A stretch of 24,504 bases of DNA from a virus (taxonomy: Duplodnaviria; Caudoviricetes). The notes beneath the pieces are model-generated. The model saw nothing but the letters and a program-made list of their open reading frames with translations. It was not told the DNA's origin and did not search any database. Shown piece by piece: positions 15,178-24,504 of the stretch. Within the stretch, counting starts at the first letter, position 1. Each line of letters begins with the position of its first letter. Location: positions 1-24,504 of the IMG/VR virus record IMGVR_UViG_3300032272_000071, one strand, 5' to 3'. The position numbers were made by a program, and so were the translations under genes.

Positions 15178-16203
15178 ATGGCAACATCAAATGTAGATCC
15201 TAGAAACAAGCAAGATGAGGAAGTTCGAGGTGATTGGATTATGGGTTTTGAGAATGAAGAGGAATTCAAAAAAGCCCGCGGTGACTATCTAGACGACGAA
15301 GAGGATAATAAGGATTCAGAAGATACGGAAGATACTTCAGAAAAGGATGATGAAGATGTAGAAGATGATACTTCCGACGAAGAGTTAGAAGATAAGTCTT
15401 CCAAAGAAGAAACTACGGATATTGAAGAAGAACATAAAACTAATATACAGATACCTAAATATCGTTTTGATGAAGTAAACGAGGCTAAGAAGTCGTTGGC
15501 TTCAGAAAATGAGAAATTACGTGACACATTAAATAAGTTTTATGATAAGATCAGCGAACGGGAAGAGACTGTACCCAAGAGTGAAGTTATTGATTACGAT
15601 GCCGAGTTAACTGAGGCACGTCACAAACTATTTGATGCATTAGCAGAGTCGGACGCAGAAAAAGCGTTAAATATCCAAAAAGGTATTGATATTATAACAA
15701 CAGCCCAGCTTAACCAAAGATTAGAAGAACAAGCTACAAGTTTTTATGAAAAGACCAGTACTGCTATTAAAACACAAACAGCAGAGGATAGATTTAAAGA
15801 TTTAGCACAAAGTTATCAGAAAGAGTATTCTTATTTAGATACAGAAGATGATAACTACAGTGAAGACGCAGTAGAAGAGTTACGAGAACTATTACAAGAT
15901 AAAGTTGCGGCAGGAAAGCCAAAAGATGAAGCATTGAAGTCTGCGATGAACACTGTTAATCGTTTATATGGAAAGAAAAAAGAAACTAATCTAACGGATG
16001 CTTTATCTAGTACTAAGAAAAAAGATTCTATTAAACGTAATATAGATACGGAGAAACGTCAACCTCCTCAGAGTAAAGGAGCTTCCTCTGCGACCGATCA
16101 CACTGTGAAAATAGAAGAGATAGCTGGTATGTCGGAACGAAAGTTCAGAGAGTTAACGAAAGATAAAAAACTATTAGCTGAACTGCGTGGTGACGTACTT
16201 TAG
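15178..16203 (+). CDS. Capsid scaffolding protein
   Basis: Acidic N-terminus, IPKYRFDEVN, coiled coil, C-terminal LRGD; immediately before the capsid gene. Confidence 0.85.
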   Translation: MATSNVDPRNKQDEEVRGDWIMGFENEEEFKKARGDYLDDEEDNKDSEDTEDTSEKDDEDVEDDTSDEELEDKSSKEETTDIEEEHKTNIQIPKYRFDEVNEAKKSLASENEKLRDTLNKFYDKISEREETVPKSEVIDYDAELTEARHKLFDALAESDAEKALNIQKGIDIITTAQLNQRLEEQATSFYEKTSTAIKTQTAEDRFKDLAQSYQKEYSYLDTEDDNYSEDAVEELRELLQDKVAAGKPKDEALKSAMNTVNRLYGKKKETNLTDALSSTKKKDSIKRNIDTEKRQPPQSKGASSATDHTVKIEEIAGMSERKFRELTKDKKLLAELRGDVL

Positions 16204-16322
16204 AAAAAATTAATATGTTTGTACTACATTAAAAAGTACCGGCTCGACCTCCGCATGGTTCGTTACCGTTCTCCTACGATATAGGATAAGCAATTAAATT
16301 ATAAATAACGAGGTAATGAATC

Positions 16323-17462
16323 ATGGCTTTAACTAATTTTAGAAATAACTTTGCTAACCTAGACGATGGCAAGAAAATCGTATGGAGTCGTCAATTATGG
16401 CAGGATGCTCGCGATAATATGTTTTTCAACAAGTTTATGGGTTCCGATCAAAACAGTGTAGTGCAGCGTATCACTGATTTGACCAGAACCGAACGTGGCG
16501 AAGAGGTCGTCATGCAATTAGTTGCTGATCTGATCGAAGACGGCGTTGTGCATGACAATGAACGGGAAGGCATGGAAGAGTCCTTACAGAACTATGAAGA
16601 GCGTGTTAATATCGATCTAATCTCTCATGGTGTTGCAAACACCGGTAAGTTAAGTGACCAGAAGAGCGTTATTGATTTCCGTAGTCAGGCAAAGGATAAA
16701 CTTGCATATTGGCTGGCCAATCGCTTAGACCAACTAATGTTCTTAACTCTGTCAGGTTATGATTACACTCATACTACGGGCGGGGCACAACGTTCTTCTA
16801 GCGCTTTCTCGGCACTAGCATTTAATACTGATGTTAGCGCACCTACCACAAATCGTCATTATCGTGTAACTAACGATGCATCGGGTGTATATACCGGTTT
16901 AGCAGCAGGGGATACTACTTCCGTAGATGCCACCGATACTTTGTCTTATCGTGCATTGGTTGACATCTGTACTCAAGCAAAGGTGAATTACGTAAAACCA
17001 TTACGTAGCGGTGGAAAGGACTTATATGTAGTATTTTGCCGTCCAGAAGCTTTGGCTCAACTGAAAAAGGATGATGAGTACCAACGTGCCGTCGTTACTG
17101 GTCTGCCACGTAGCGAAATGAATCCTTTCTTCTCTGGTGGAACCGTGACTGTTGATGGACTTATCCTACATGAGCATCGCCTAGTGTTTAATACTACCGA
17201 AGCTACCGCCGGTGCTTCTCCTTATGGTAAATGGGGTGCTGGTACTGCAATCGATGGTTCACGAGCATTAGTGTGTGGTGCACAGGCTCTTGGTGTTGCC
17301 GACCTAGGTAATCCGGAATGGGCAGAGGAAACTTTCCAATATAAATCACGTTATGGTATTAATGTCGATAAAATGTTTGGTCTGGTTAAACCAAAGTTCC
17401 ATAGTATATATAGTGATACTGTTGAAGATTTTGGTGTGATTGCATTGGATCACGCTATCTAG
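16323..17462 (+). CDS. Major capsid protein, N4-gp56/DUF4043 type
   Basis: MALTNF..VWSRQLW..QRITDL..EGMEESL..NPFFSG..CGAQAL..DFGVI; strong RBS GAGGT. Confidence 0.93.
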   Translation: MALTNFRNNFANLDDGKKIVWSRQLWQDARDNMFFNKFMGSDQNSVVQRITDLTRTERGEEVVMQLVADLIEDGVVHDNEREGMEESLQNYEERVNIDLISHGVANTGKLSDQKSVIDFRSQAKDKLAYWLANRLDQLMFLTLSGYDYTHTTGGAQRSSSAFSALAFNTDVSAPTTNRHYRVTNDASGVYTGLAAGDTTSVDATDTLSYRALVDICTQAKVNYVKPLRSGGKDLYVVFCRPEALAQLKKDDEYQRAVVTGLPRSEMNPFFSGGTVTVDGLILHEHRLVFNTTEATAGASPYGKWGAGTAIDGSRALVCGAQALGVADLGNPEWAEETFQYKSRYGINVDKMFGLVKPKFHSIYSDTVEDFGVIALDHAI

Positions 17463-17469
17463 CAAATAT

Positions 17470-17500
17470 AATACTCCTTGTTGATGAAGGGGTATTTTTT
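17470..17500 (+). terminator. Rho-independent terminator after the capsid gene
   Basis: AATACTCCTT-loop-AAGGGGTATT followed by TTTT. Confidence 0.75.
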
Positions 17501-17531
17501 AAATTAACGTGATCAATGAGGATAAAAATAA

Positions 17532-18173
17532 ATGACAGCTTTCACAGCAGCAAACTTAGCGGCGCGGATACAGCGTACTCCTGTAACTTCGCCTGTTAGG
17601 AAAATTCTTCGTGACATTAGCGACTCTGCCGTAATTACAGATGCAGACAGCGACGTACAAACTGCCGTAAATGTGGGTGTAGCAGGCACCGGAGTTACCG
17701 CCGTAGAGTACGGTGATGGACATAACCATACCACTGTATTAACCATAGCTGCTACCGATGCAGTAACGGTTGCCGATAACGCAGCTCTCGCCGATGGGCA
17801 TTTGGTGTATACTTTTCCTGCCGGTGCTATTATCGTTAACTCAGGTTACCTATCCGCTGCTATTTCCGTAGCGGAAGATACTACCAACTCTGCCGCCGAA
17901 GCCGCTCTAGGGACTGTGGTAGGTGCGGGCGCTAATGCAACTCTTGGTGCAGTTGGTGCTACCTCAGAGGACATTTCCGGCCCTGCTGCTTCTATTACAT
18001 GTGATGGTGCAGCAGAAGTAGTAACTATGCTTGCAACCGATATATTGATTGCTGCTGCTGGGGCGCATACTGTATTCTTCAATATTGCATCTACTTGGGG
18101 GAATACTGCCGGTACAGACCTAACAGGAGATTTAAGCGGGACCGCTGTGATCAATTGGAAGTTTGTAGTTTAA
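17532..18173 (+). CDS. Ala/Thr-rich virion protein, probable capsid decoration
   Basis: GAGGA RBS; beta-rich with FPAGAII motif; follows capsid. Confidence 0.7.
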   Translation: MTAFTAANLAARIQRTPVTSPVRKILRDISDSAVITDADSDVQTAVNVGVAGTGVTAVEYGDGHNHTTVLTIAATDAVTVADNAALADGHLVYTFPAGAIIVNSGYLSAAISVAEDTTNSAAEAALGTVVGAGANATLGAVGATSEDISGPAASITCDGAAEVVTMLATDILIAAAGAHTVFFNIASTWGNTAGTDLTGDLSGTAVINWKFVV

Positions 18174-18188
18174 CCTGGAAATAATACA

Positions 18189-18683
18189 ATGGCAAAAAGA
18201 ATTATCTCTAGGTTTCTAGATACAAATGGAGACGGAACCGGGACAAAAAGTGCGATTGGTGACTATTCTTTAGCAGCGGATGATTTTTATATAGAGGCAG
18301 GGGATAATCCCTTGGTTATTTCTAGATTAATCGTATCTGCTGAAGATACTACGGGTATGACTGCCCAAGAGTATGGAAATCTTGGGGCTGCTTTAACCAA
18401 TGGCGTATCAATTTTAGCGGAACTTGATGGAACGGAGTACGATTTATGTGACGGTGTTCCAATAAAAACAAATGCTGGGTGGGGAACCACTTGCTATGAT
18501 ACCCAGATAACCGGGGCATCTTGGGGAAGTGGAAATGACGTTTTGCTTGTCCGATGGACTTTCTCTAAATCTGGAACTCCAATACTATTAGAATCTGGTG
18601 ATAAAGTAATTGCACGTGTAAATGATGATTTACAAGGTTTACTTAGTCATTATTTTATGATACAAGGTTACGAAATTTACTAA
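18189..18683 (+). CDS. Hypothetical beta-rich protein, probably virion-associated
   Basis: 164-aa ORF in the structural operon. Confidence 0.75.
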   Translation: MAKRIISRFLDTNGDGTGTKSAIGDYSLAADDFYIEAGDNPLVISRLIVSAEDTTGMTAQEYGNLGAALTNGVSILAELDGTEYDLCDGVPIKTNAGWGTTCYDTQITGASWGSGNDVLLVRWTFSKSGTPILLESGDKVIARVNDDLQGLLSHYFMIQGYEIY

Positions 18684-18749
18684 AACATTAACTGATAACA
18701 ATAAAAATAAATACAAGGATGTAGAGAATTTGTTAGGAGATATAAAAAT

Positions 18750-19433
18750 ATGATTACTGAATTGGAACTTGTTCCTCATGTGGTAACTCCTGGAGAAAAG
18801 ATCCAGGTACAAGAATATAATATTCGCAATGTTCATCTACATCAAGTGCTCAACACTATTAGCCGGAGCATGAACGCTATCATTGAAATGGATATGGGTA
18901 ATAGTGGTAGTGGTCTTTCTCAGGGAGAAGCTTCCGCTATAAATGCAGATTGGAGTCGTATTAATACTGAATGGCAGCGTGCTCTACAACATAGAAGCCT
19001 TGCCCCGACAGGAGGGCTGGAGGCTGTATATTCTATTCTTATGATGACTCAAAATCAGATGTTGATGATTCGGAATGTACGGGCACAGCGAGTAGTGCAA
19101 GCGTATTGGAACTTGGGAGAACGTATTATTAATTCCGATTCTTCTTCGCTTGAATATGATATTCAGACCGTTGATGAACACGATATAAGTGAGCATTTCG
19201 CCTATATTAATAGCGTTCTAAGTGATTATGTAGGCTCTATTTCAGGGGAAGAGTATACTCGTGGAATGATGATTCCCGCACACACGCATCTAGGCACCGT
19301 CAGTCCTCCTGAGAATATGGGAGAGTCCCAGATTCGTGAACCCGGTCCAGAGGCTCCTCAGTCGATTCCTGTACCTGATGTGCCAGACTCCCCAAGCACT
19401 GCTTCTACTCCAGGAACCAATACTAATGCTTAG
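18750..19433 (+). CDS. Hypothetical helical protein with internal duplication and Pro-rich tail
   Basis: AGGAG RBS; two IRNV-initiated repeats. Confidence 0.8.
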   Translation: MITELELVPHVVTPGEKIQVQEYNIRNVHLHQVLNTISRSMNAIIEMDMGNSGSGLSQGEASAINADWSRINTEWQRALQHRSLAPTGGLEAVYSILMMTQNQMLMIRNVRAQRVVQAYWNLGERIINSDSSSLEYDIQTVDEHDISEHFAYINSVLSDYVGSISGEEYTRGMMIPAHTHLGTVSPPENMGESQIREPGPEAPQSIPVPDVPDSPSTASTPGTNTNA

Positions 19434-19524
19434 TTAGTAAATATATTAGATCAAAAGGATTTGATTTAATTAATTGTTAAATGGATTTTAAATAATAACC
19501 AACTGATGATGAATAGGTAAAAAA

Positions 19525-19923
19525 ATGGCTATAACTAAAGATCAAGGCCGTCAAGAGGCCATTACTGCTCGTGTTACTTTTACTTTTGGTACTGGTAACG
19601 ATATAGCAGTTGAGGGAACTTATGGCGCAATCGACGTGCCCAATGATGCAATTGTAATCGGAGGTTTTGTGAATATCTCCGATGCTACCACTGCAACAGT
19701 GGATATTCATGTAGGCGATGGTGATGATGATAATCGGTACGCAGATAACGTAGATGGCGCTGCGGTTGCATTAACTGCTCTTACTTTAACTGGATATAAG
19801 TATACCTCAGCAGATACCATTGGTATTATGGTAGATACTGCCGATCCAGCCACCGCTGGTACTGGTGAATTAGTAGTAACTTATATTGTTGAGGGTCGTT
19901 CCTTCTTCGCCCAAGAAACCTAA
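19525..19923 (+). CDS. Capsid cement/decoration protein (jelly-roll type)
   Basis: GRQ..AIDVPNDAIVIGG..VGD..RY..LTLTG..Y.VEGR pattern seen in proteins that follow this capsid family; followed by a terminator. Confidence 0.7.
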   Translation: MAITKDQGRQEAITARVTFTFGTGNDIAVEGTYGAIDVPNDAIVIGGFVNISDATTATVDIHVGDGDDDNRYADNVDGAAVALTALTLTGYKYTSADTIGIMVDTADPATAGTGELVVTYIVEGRSFFAQET

Positions 19924-19933
19924 AAGTGGTTTT

Positions 19934-19956
19934 GCCGGAATGGATTCCGGCTTTTT
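19934..19956 (+). terminator. Rho-independent terminator
   Basis: GCCGGAA-TGGA-TTCCGGC-TTTTT. Confidence 0.88.
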
Positions 19957-19997
19957 CCTTAATTTAATAACAGAATACGATAACTTTAGTAACATAT

Positions 19998-20408
19998 ATG
20001 AAAAGATTCAAATCAAGAGACGGACTAACCAAACGCCTTATTTATGGAGGGGAGGTTTGCCTTGTCGGCAATGAGTTTAGGGAAATACCCCAACATTTTG
20101 AATCTGCTGCTTATGCCGGAGGTTGTATCTCAGATGATATGGTGATGAAAGCTGCTTTGACCACAGAATATAGTCAAAAAGTAATGGATGCTATGCAGAA
20201 TCGGGTGGAGTCCAGTACTAAGGTAAGAGATATTATTAAAGGCTGGTGTATTTTAGGAGATGCAACAAAATTTTATAAAGGTGCTCCTACACTGAAGGCT
20301 ATACGCAATGAGTTTGGTTTCGGTGTAGAATTTGGTCAACAAGAAAGGAATACAGTTTGGAGAGGATTAGTAGAGGAAGGTTTCAAAGCTCCGGAGCCTG
20401 CTAAATGA
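19998..20408 (+). CDS. Conserved phage hypothetical protein, 136 aa
   Basis: ORF overlapping the next gene; AYAGGCIS and ERNTVW motifs. Confidence 0.8.
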   Translation: MKRFKSRDGLTKRLIYGGEVCLVGNEFREIPQHFESAAYAGGCISDDMVMKAALTTEYSQKVMDAMQNRVESSTKVRDIIKGWCILGDATKFYKGAPTLKAIRNEFGFGVEFGQQERNTVWRGLVEEGFKAPEPAK

Positions 20409-21169
20409 ACTTATTAGAGTTGGTAACTGCTGCAAGAGAAGACATATTGGATGACGAGGGCGGTTACGGTGTTGACTGGACCACTTCTACGTCTGAGCCA
20501 TTACTTCGGTGGTCGAACACACAAATAGTTCGCTATCTAAACGAAGCTGAAAAGGAGATTGCTAGGAGAGCAAAGATTCTAAAGGAAGCTGAAAATCCTT
20601 CAGTAACACGGATAGCAGTAAAAGCGGATAAAGCTTCTTATAATTATTCAGATAAAATTATACAACCGTTACATGCAAAATTAGTTACTTCGGAACGTGT
20701 ATTACAAATAATTTCAATAAAGGAAGTATTGGATCAAGGAGATTGGGATACAAGGACAGGATTACCAAGTTGTATAATTTACGATTGGAACTCAAATAAA
20801 TTACGATTCAATGTTATACCAACGGAAGACGATACGTTACGGTTAATTGTATATAGGTATCCAATTAATTCGTTATCGTGGGATTCTACTACAGCAGATA
20901 AAATAACTCCTGAAATCCCGGAAAGACATCATTATTATATGATTTATTATGCTGCTTATTTAGCTTATCTAAAAGATGAAGCAAACACTGCTGATTTAGA
21001 TAGGGCAGAATATTTTCTAAATAAGTTTGAAGAAGAGTACGGTCCCAAAGAGTCGGTATATTCCGAAACTAAGAAACGTAGGCGTCTTCCGGTTAACTCT
21101 CGTTATGGTGGCCTTCCTATAGAATATGAACGTTACAGACGGAATCCTTATGGATTAAGAGATGCCTAA
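20405..21169 (+). CDS. Head-tail adaptor protein
   Basis: WSNTQIVRYLNEAEKEIARRA and PEIPERHH..AYLKD motifs; position after head genes. Confidence 0.8.
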   Translation: MNLLELVTAAREDILDDEGGYGVDWTTSTSEPLLRWSNTQIVRYLNEAEKEIARRAKILKEAENPSVTRIAVKADKASYNYSDKIIQPLHAKLVTSERVLQIISIKEVLDQGDWDTRTGLPSCIIYDWNSNKLRFNVIPTEDDTLRLIVYRYPINSLSWDSTTADKITPEIPERHHYYMIYYAAYLAYLKDEANTADLDRAEYFLNKFEEEYGPKESVYSETKKRRRLPVNSRYGGLPIEYERYRRNPYGLRDA

Positions 21170-22196
21170 ACAACAGCGGACAGTCAAAACAGATAAGTTT
21201 AGGGGTTTAACTAATATAGTTGCTCCTAAAAGAACTCCTTTAGAGTTATATCATACAGCGGACAACGTTGATATAGACGAACAATTATCTTATAAAAAAC
21301 GTCCTGGATATGAAAAAGTATATAGTGGAGCCGACGTAAACAGTATAAAATGTTTTAATAACTTTTGTTTATTTAACGATGATGGCTTACTAACTTGGAT
21401 AGATGAGGCATTTAGTACGGGTACTTTAGGTACGGTAGCGAATACGGAAGAAATAGTATATTGTGAATATAACGGAAGTATATTTTTTAATTCATTTTCA
21501 TATAATGGAATTATAACCAATAAAGCATATCAAGTATGGGCTGCACCTACGCAATCTACTGTAGAAAGGTCATATATAAAAGTAGACGGATCTTCTTATA
21601 CAAAAGAATATGAGATAAACAGTGCTCCTGCTTTGGAAAGTAGCATTCCATTAGGGGATGTTATGGAAACTTTTTATAATAGAATCTTTATAGGTAACGG
21701 AACAATATTGTATTTTTCAGAACCATTTGCTCCTTCTTGGTTTGGTGGAATGTATTTTCAGTTTCCTAGTAAAGTAGTTTCTTTAATGCCTGTAAGTTCT
21801 GGCATGTATATAGCTACTGAACTAACATTATATTATTTATCAGGATTAAATCAAGAATCTTGGAAATTAAGTATCATAGATCATATACGTACTGTAAAAC
21901 GAAGTGAACAATTAGTATCCAGTGAAGTGGTTAGAGTAGAAAATTCTCCACTAGGAGAACAATGGTTAATTACTACAGATAAAGGTATATTAGTACTTAA
22001 AGATAACGAATTTGTTATTAATTTAACAGAAGATAGAGTTACAATACCATTTTCGCCTTCAGGCGCTTCTGGTTATTTTCAACGTGATGGTGTGGATAGA
22101 TATATTTCTATTCTAGATAATAACGATACTGATAGAGCGGTTTTCACTGATTCAGTGTCATCAACAGTAATAAGAAATGGGGTAGAATTGACATGA
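21162..22196 (+). CDS. Putative tail nozzle/stabilisation protein (beta-propeller-like)
   Basis: FRGLTN..ADNVDID..KRPGY N-terminus and LYFSEP motif; follows adaptor. Confidence 0.7.
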   Translation: MPKQQRTVKTDKFRGLTNIVAPKRTPLELYHTADNVDIDEQLSYKKRPGYEKVYSGADVNSIKCFNNFCLFNDDGLLTWIDEAFSTGTLGTVANTEEIVYCEYNGSIFFNSFSYNGIITNKAYQVWAAPTQSTVERSYIKVDGSSYTKEYEINSAPALESSIPLGDVMETFYNRIFIGNGTILYFSEPFAPSWFGGMYFQFPSKVVSLMPVSSGMYIATELTLYYLSGLNQESWKLSIIDHIRTVKRSEQLVSSEVVRVENSPLGEQWLITTDKGILVLKDNEFVINLTEDRVTIPFSPSGASGYFQRDGVDRYISILDNNDTDRAVFTDSVSSTVIRNGVELT

Positions 22197-22702
22197 CCAA
22201 TGAAATCAACGCATCTTCGGACGATCTAGAATTTGGGGGAGTTTATAAACATGCTGTATTTCGTAAAGGGGTTCGGATTACTCCTTGGGAAGTAGCGGAT
22301 AATCTAGTTGTAACCGAGGGACGTACTCACCTCTTGAGCGTAGGATTTAACCAGGGATCACAAGTAACTACCTGGTTTGGTGGGCTACTTGGTGCTGCCA
22401 CTTCTCCCGCCGCTGGTTGGACTATGACTGATATTACCGAGTTTACCAATTATGATGAAGCAGTTCGAGAGTCTTACGTAGAAGATACTCCTGCTGCCGG
22501 CAGTGTAACTAATACCACTACAATGGATTTTACAATCAGTGTAGACAGTTCAACTGTATACGGTGCTTTTCTTTGTTCCGACAACACCAAGAGTGGTACT
22601 TCCGGTACGTTGATGTCGGCAGCTTTGTTTGCGAATGCTCGTGTACTATACGATGATGATGTATTAAAAGTTACTTATACTCTTAATACTGCTTCCAGTT
22701 AA
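22193..22702 (+). CDS. Virion structural (tail-associated) protein, 169 aa
   Basis: NLVVTEG..TWFGGL..VYGAFL..GTLMSAALF..DDVLKVTY motif family. Confidence 0.75.
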   Translation: MTNEINASSDDLEFGGVYKHAVFRKGVRITPWEVADNLVVTEGRTHLLSVGFNQGSQVTTWFGGLLGAATSPAAGWTMTDITEFTNYDEAVRESYVEDTPAAGSVTNTTTMDFTISVDSSTVYGAFLCSDNTKSGTSGTLMSAALFANARVLYDDDVLKVTYTLNTASS

Positions 22703-22707
22703 TTAAA

Positions 22708-23091
22708 ATGATTCCAGAATTACATTTAACAAAAAAGGATTTTAAACTAGAGTGGTTTTCTGGCACGGGCAAAGGTGGACAACATCGCAACAAACATCAA
22801 AACTGTTGTAGAATAACTCATATAGATAGTGGACTTAGAGCACAAGGAACCGAGTCAAGAGAACGAGTTGCTAATCAGAAAAAAGCATTTATTAGGCTTG
22901 TTAACTTAATAATTGCTTATTACTCACAAGAAGAAATTAAACCAATTTCAGTAGAAGTTATTCGTAATTATCATGGTGTGCGTAATGATGTACAAGATAA
23001 AGCAAGTGGTGTTCATTCTTCTTACAAACATGTAGTGATTGATGGTATAATGGACGAGATGATAGAGGCAAGACGACGTGCTTGTGTGTGA
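22708..23091 (+). CDS. Class I release-factor-like peptidyl-tRNA hydrolase (GGQ domain)
   Basis: GTGKGGQHRNK..RITHIDSG..SRERVANQKKA; C-terminus IRNY..V.D..DG.MDEMIEA resembles the RF1/RF2 C-terminus. Confidence 0.9.
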   Translation: MIPELHLTKKDFKLEWFSGTGKGGQHRNKHQNCCRITHIDSGLRAQGTESRERVANQKKAFIRLVNLIIAYYSQEEIKPISVEVIRNYHGVRNDVQDKASGVHSSYKHVVIDGIMDEMIEARRRACV

Positions 23092-24504
23092 TGCAGGCTT
23101 ACTCCGGCCCTATCAAGGTAAATGTATATCCTGAAAATGCTGGAGTAGCCTCTCGTACCTTTGTAGGACAGTATGTAAATATAGGAAGAATCTTACTTGG
23201 ACAGTTACACAAAGGTAAAAATAAGGTAGCAAGAAGAAAACAAATACTTCCTAATGGAATCAAAATTGATGTTAGAAAGTATTATAGTATAAACGAAGTA
23301 AATATAACTATACCAATAGAACAACAGGAATTTATATTACAGTTTGGAGGTATATTATCTCAACCGGAATATATATCCAATGGTAGTATTATATATCCTA
23401 ATACACCTATAATTAAATTTAATAGTCAAGGATTATTTAATATAGGATCGTATGCACAATATCAAAAATATAATTATACTGGTGAGTATTCACATGGAAC
23501 AAATATTATGGATACTTTATCATTTGATAAACAAACTATTTATTATAAAAATAGGATACTGGTATCTCCTGAGCCATTAGGTAATTTTAATAGTTATTTA
23601 TCGGAAGTAGGAATGGATTATGCTTCCGTTGGTTATATAAACAACAGAAGAATGTTTTTTGCAGTAAAGTTTCAAGAAAATAAAGAAGAACCTATAGCTT
23701 CTGTTATATACTCTCAGCTTTTACCTCCTGGTTATTCTGTAAATGATATTATATCGTATCGTGGTAGTTTATATCCATTGGAAAGATATAATATAAGTAC
23801 AATAGATTATCCCACGATACCCAATACTAACTTTATATTACCTTACGTTTTCGATTTTACGAAAATAGAAGGAACTCCTAATTTTACAGAAGAAGGTGAT
23901 TATGTATTGGAACAAGTTACAGACGAAATATATAAATATAATAATTATAAATTAAGAACTAATATACAAGATAATGCACCGATAGATCCTAATTTATGGT
24001 TACAACAGATAGAAACCGATTTTGTATTAAATAGTATAGAATTAGAATATCCATTATACGAATCAGGTCACGTTACCGATTTTGCAGATGCTATAGTCGG
24101 AAAGCCGGATGTTATTTATATATTTGGTGAAACAAAAGAGACGTTGGAAGATAGTATAGAGTTTACGGATACGTATGAAGCGGATAGTCCTACGTTTAGT
24201 CCGGAGGTAGGTCCATATTATCCAGATCCTTGTGGAATGGGACAAGAACCTTTATTTCATGGTAATATGAGATTGTATGCAGGTGCCGCTGGACAAATAG
24301 TACAGATAAACCCGGACACCAGGACGCAGAATGCTTCTACTTGTTTTAGAGATTTTCCTAATAGTACAAATACACACACTGTATTCTTAGGACCAAATGC
24401 ATATTCTCAAATATATAATTACGAATACGAAAATTTAGATTTTAAAGTTCCAAGTAACGCAGATGAAATTACTGGTTCTACAGGAAGTTTGAAGATATTC
24501 TCCA
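23091..24504 (+). CDS. Large hypothetical (probably virion/tail) protein, at least 471 aa, runs off the window (not in ORF track)
   Basis: TGATG overlap; frame MQAYSGPIKVNVYPEN... read with no stop codon to the window end. Confidence 0.85.
   Translation, partial: MQAYSGPIKVNVYPENAGVASRTFVGQYVNIGRILLGQLHKGKNKVARRKQILPNGIKIDVRKYYSINEVNITIPIEQQEFILQFGGILSQPEYISNGSIIYPNTPIIKFNSQGLFNIGSYAQYQKYNYTGEYSHGTNIMDTLSFDKQTIYYKNRILVSPEPLGNFNSYLSEVGMDYASVGYINNRRMFFAVKFQENKEEPIASVIYSQLLPPGYSVNDIISYRGSLYPLERYNISTIDYPTIPNTNFILPYVFDFTKIEGTPNFTEEGDYVLEQVTDEIYKYNNYKLRTNIQDNAPIDPNLWLQQIETDFVLNSIELEYPLYESGHVTDFADAIVGKPDVIYIFGETKETLEDSIEFTDTYEADSPTFSPEVGPYYPDPCGMGQEPLFHGNMRLYAGAAGQIVQINPDTRTQNASTCFRDFPNSTNTHTVFLGPNAYSQIYNYEYENLDFKVPSNADEITGSTGSLKIFS

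Noticed and set aside
1335-24245. Antisense or overlapping ORFs in the track (e.g. 1335-1625, 2924-3382, 3040-3435, 6099-6416, 13106-13321, 15285-15527, 17846-18154, 24063-24245)
   Set aside because: They lie opposite or within better-supported genes and lack supporting RBS or operon context
8319-24504. Stop-codon reassignment suggested by the release-factor-like gene
   Set aside because: Genes are full-length in the standard code; TAA, TAG and TGA all end genes; the GGQ protein lacks a codon-reading motif

Overview
Part of a tailed dsDNA phage genome (podovirus-type head module: P22-like portal, N4-gp56/DUF4043-type capsid) spanning the point where two gene blocks diverge. Left (1-4834, minus strand): early/accessory genes dominated by five complete paralogous Ser-type pentapeptide-repeat genes and the start of a sixth, three of them in a perfect head-to-tail array with a shared 48-bp spacer. 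Middle (4850-8300): about 3.4 kb that is almost non-coding. It holds several near-consensus sigma70 promoters, an 8x (AGCTCCCCCCA) G6-tract repeat, a self-contained small gene and an iteron/operator-like motif cluster. Right (8319-24504, plus strand): small genes, HNH-like, terS, terL, portal, scaffold, capsid, decoration, adaptor and tail genes, with two RNA/translation-related genes embedded (a DEDDh exoribonuclease and a GGQ release-factor fragment). The standout is ~7237-7940: an ORF-free, GC-richer ~700-nt island behind a perfect TTGACA-16-TGnTATAAT promoter. It folds by eye into many helices with G-U pairs, long-range stems and pseudoknots, making it a strong candidate large structured phage ncRNA that I cannot assign to a known class. 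All calls are by eye; no searches or folding programs were run.
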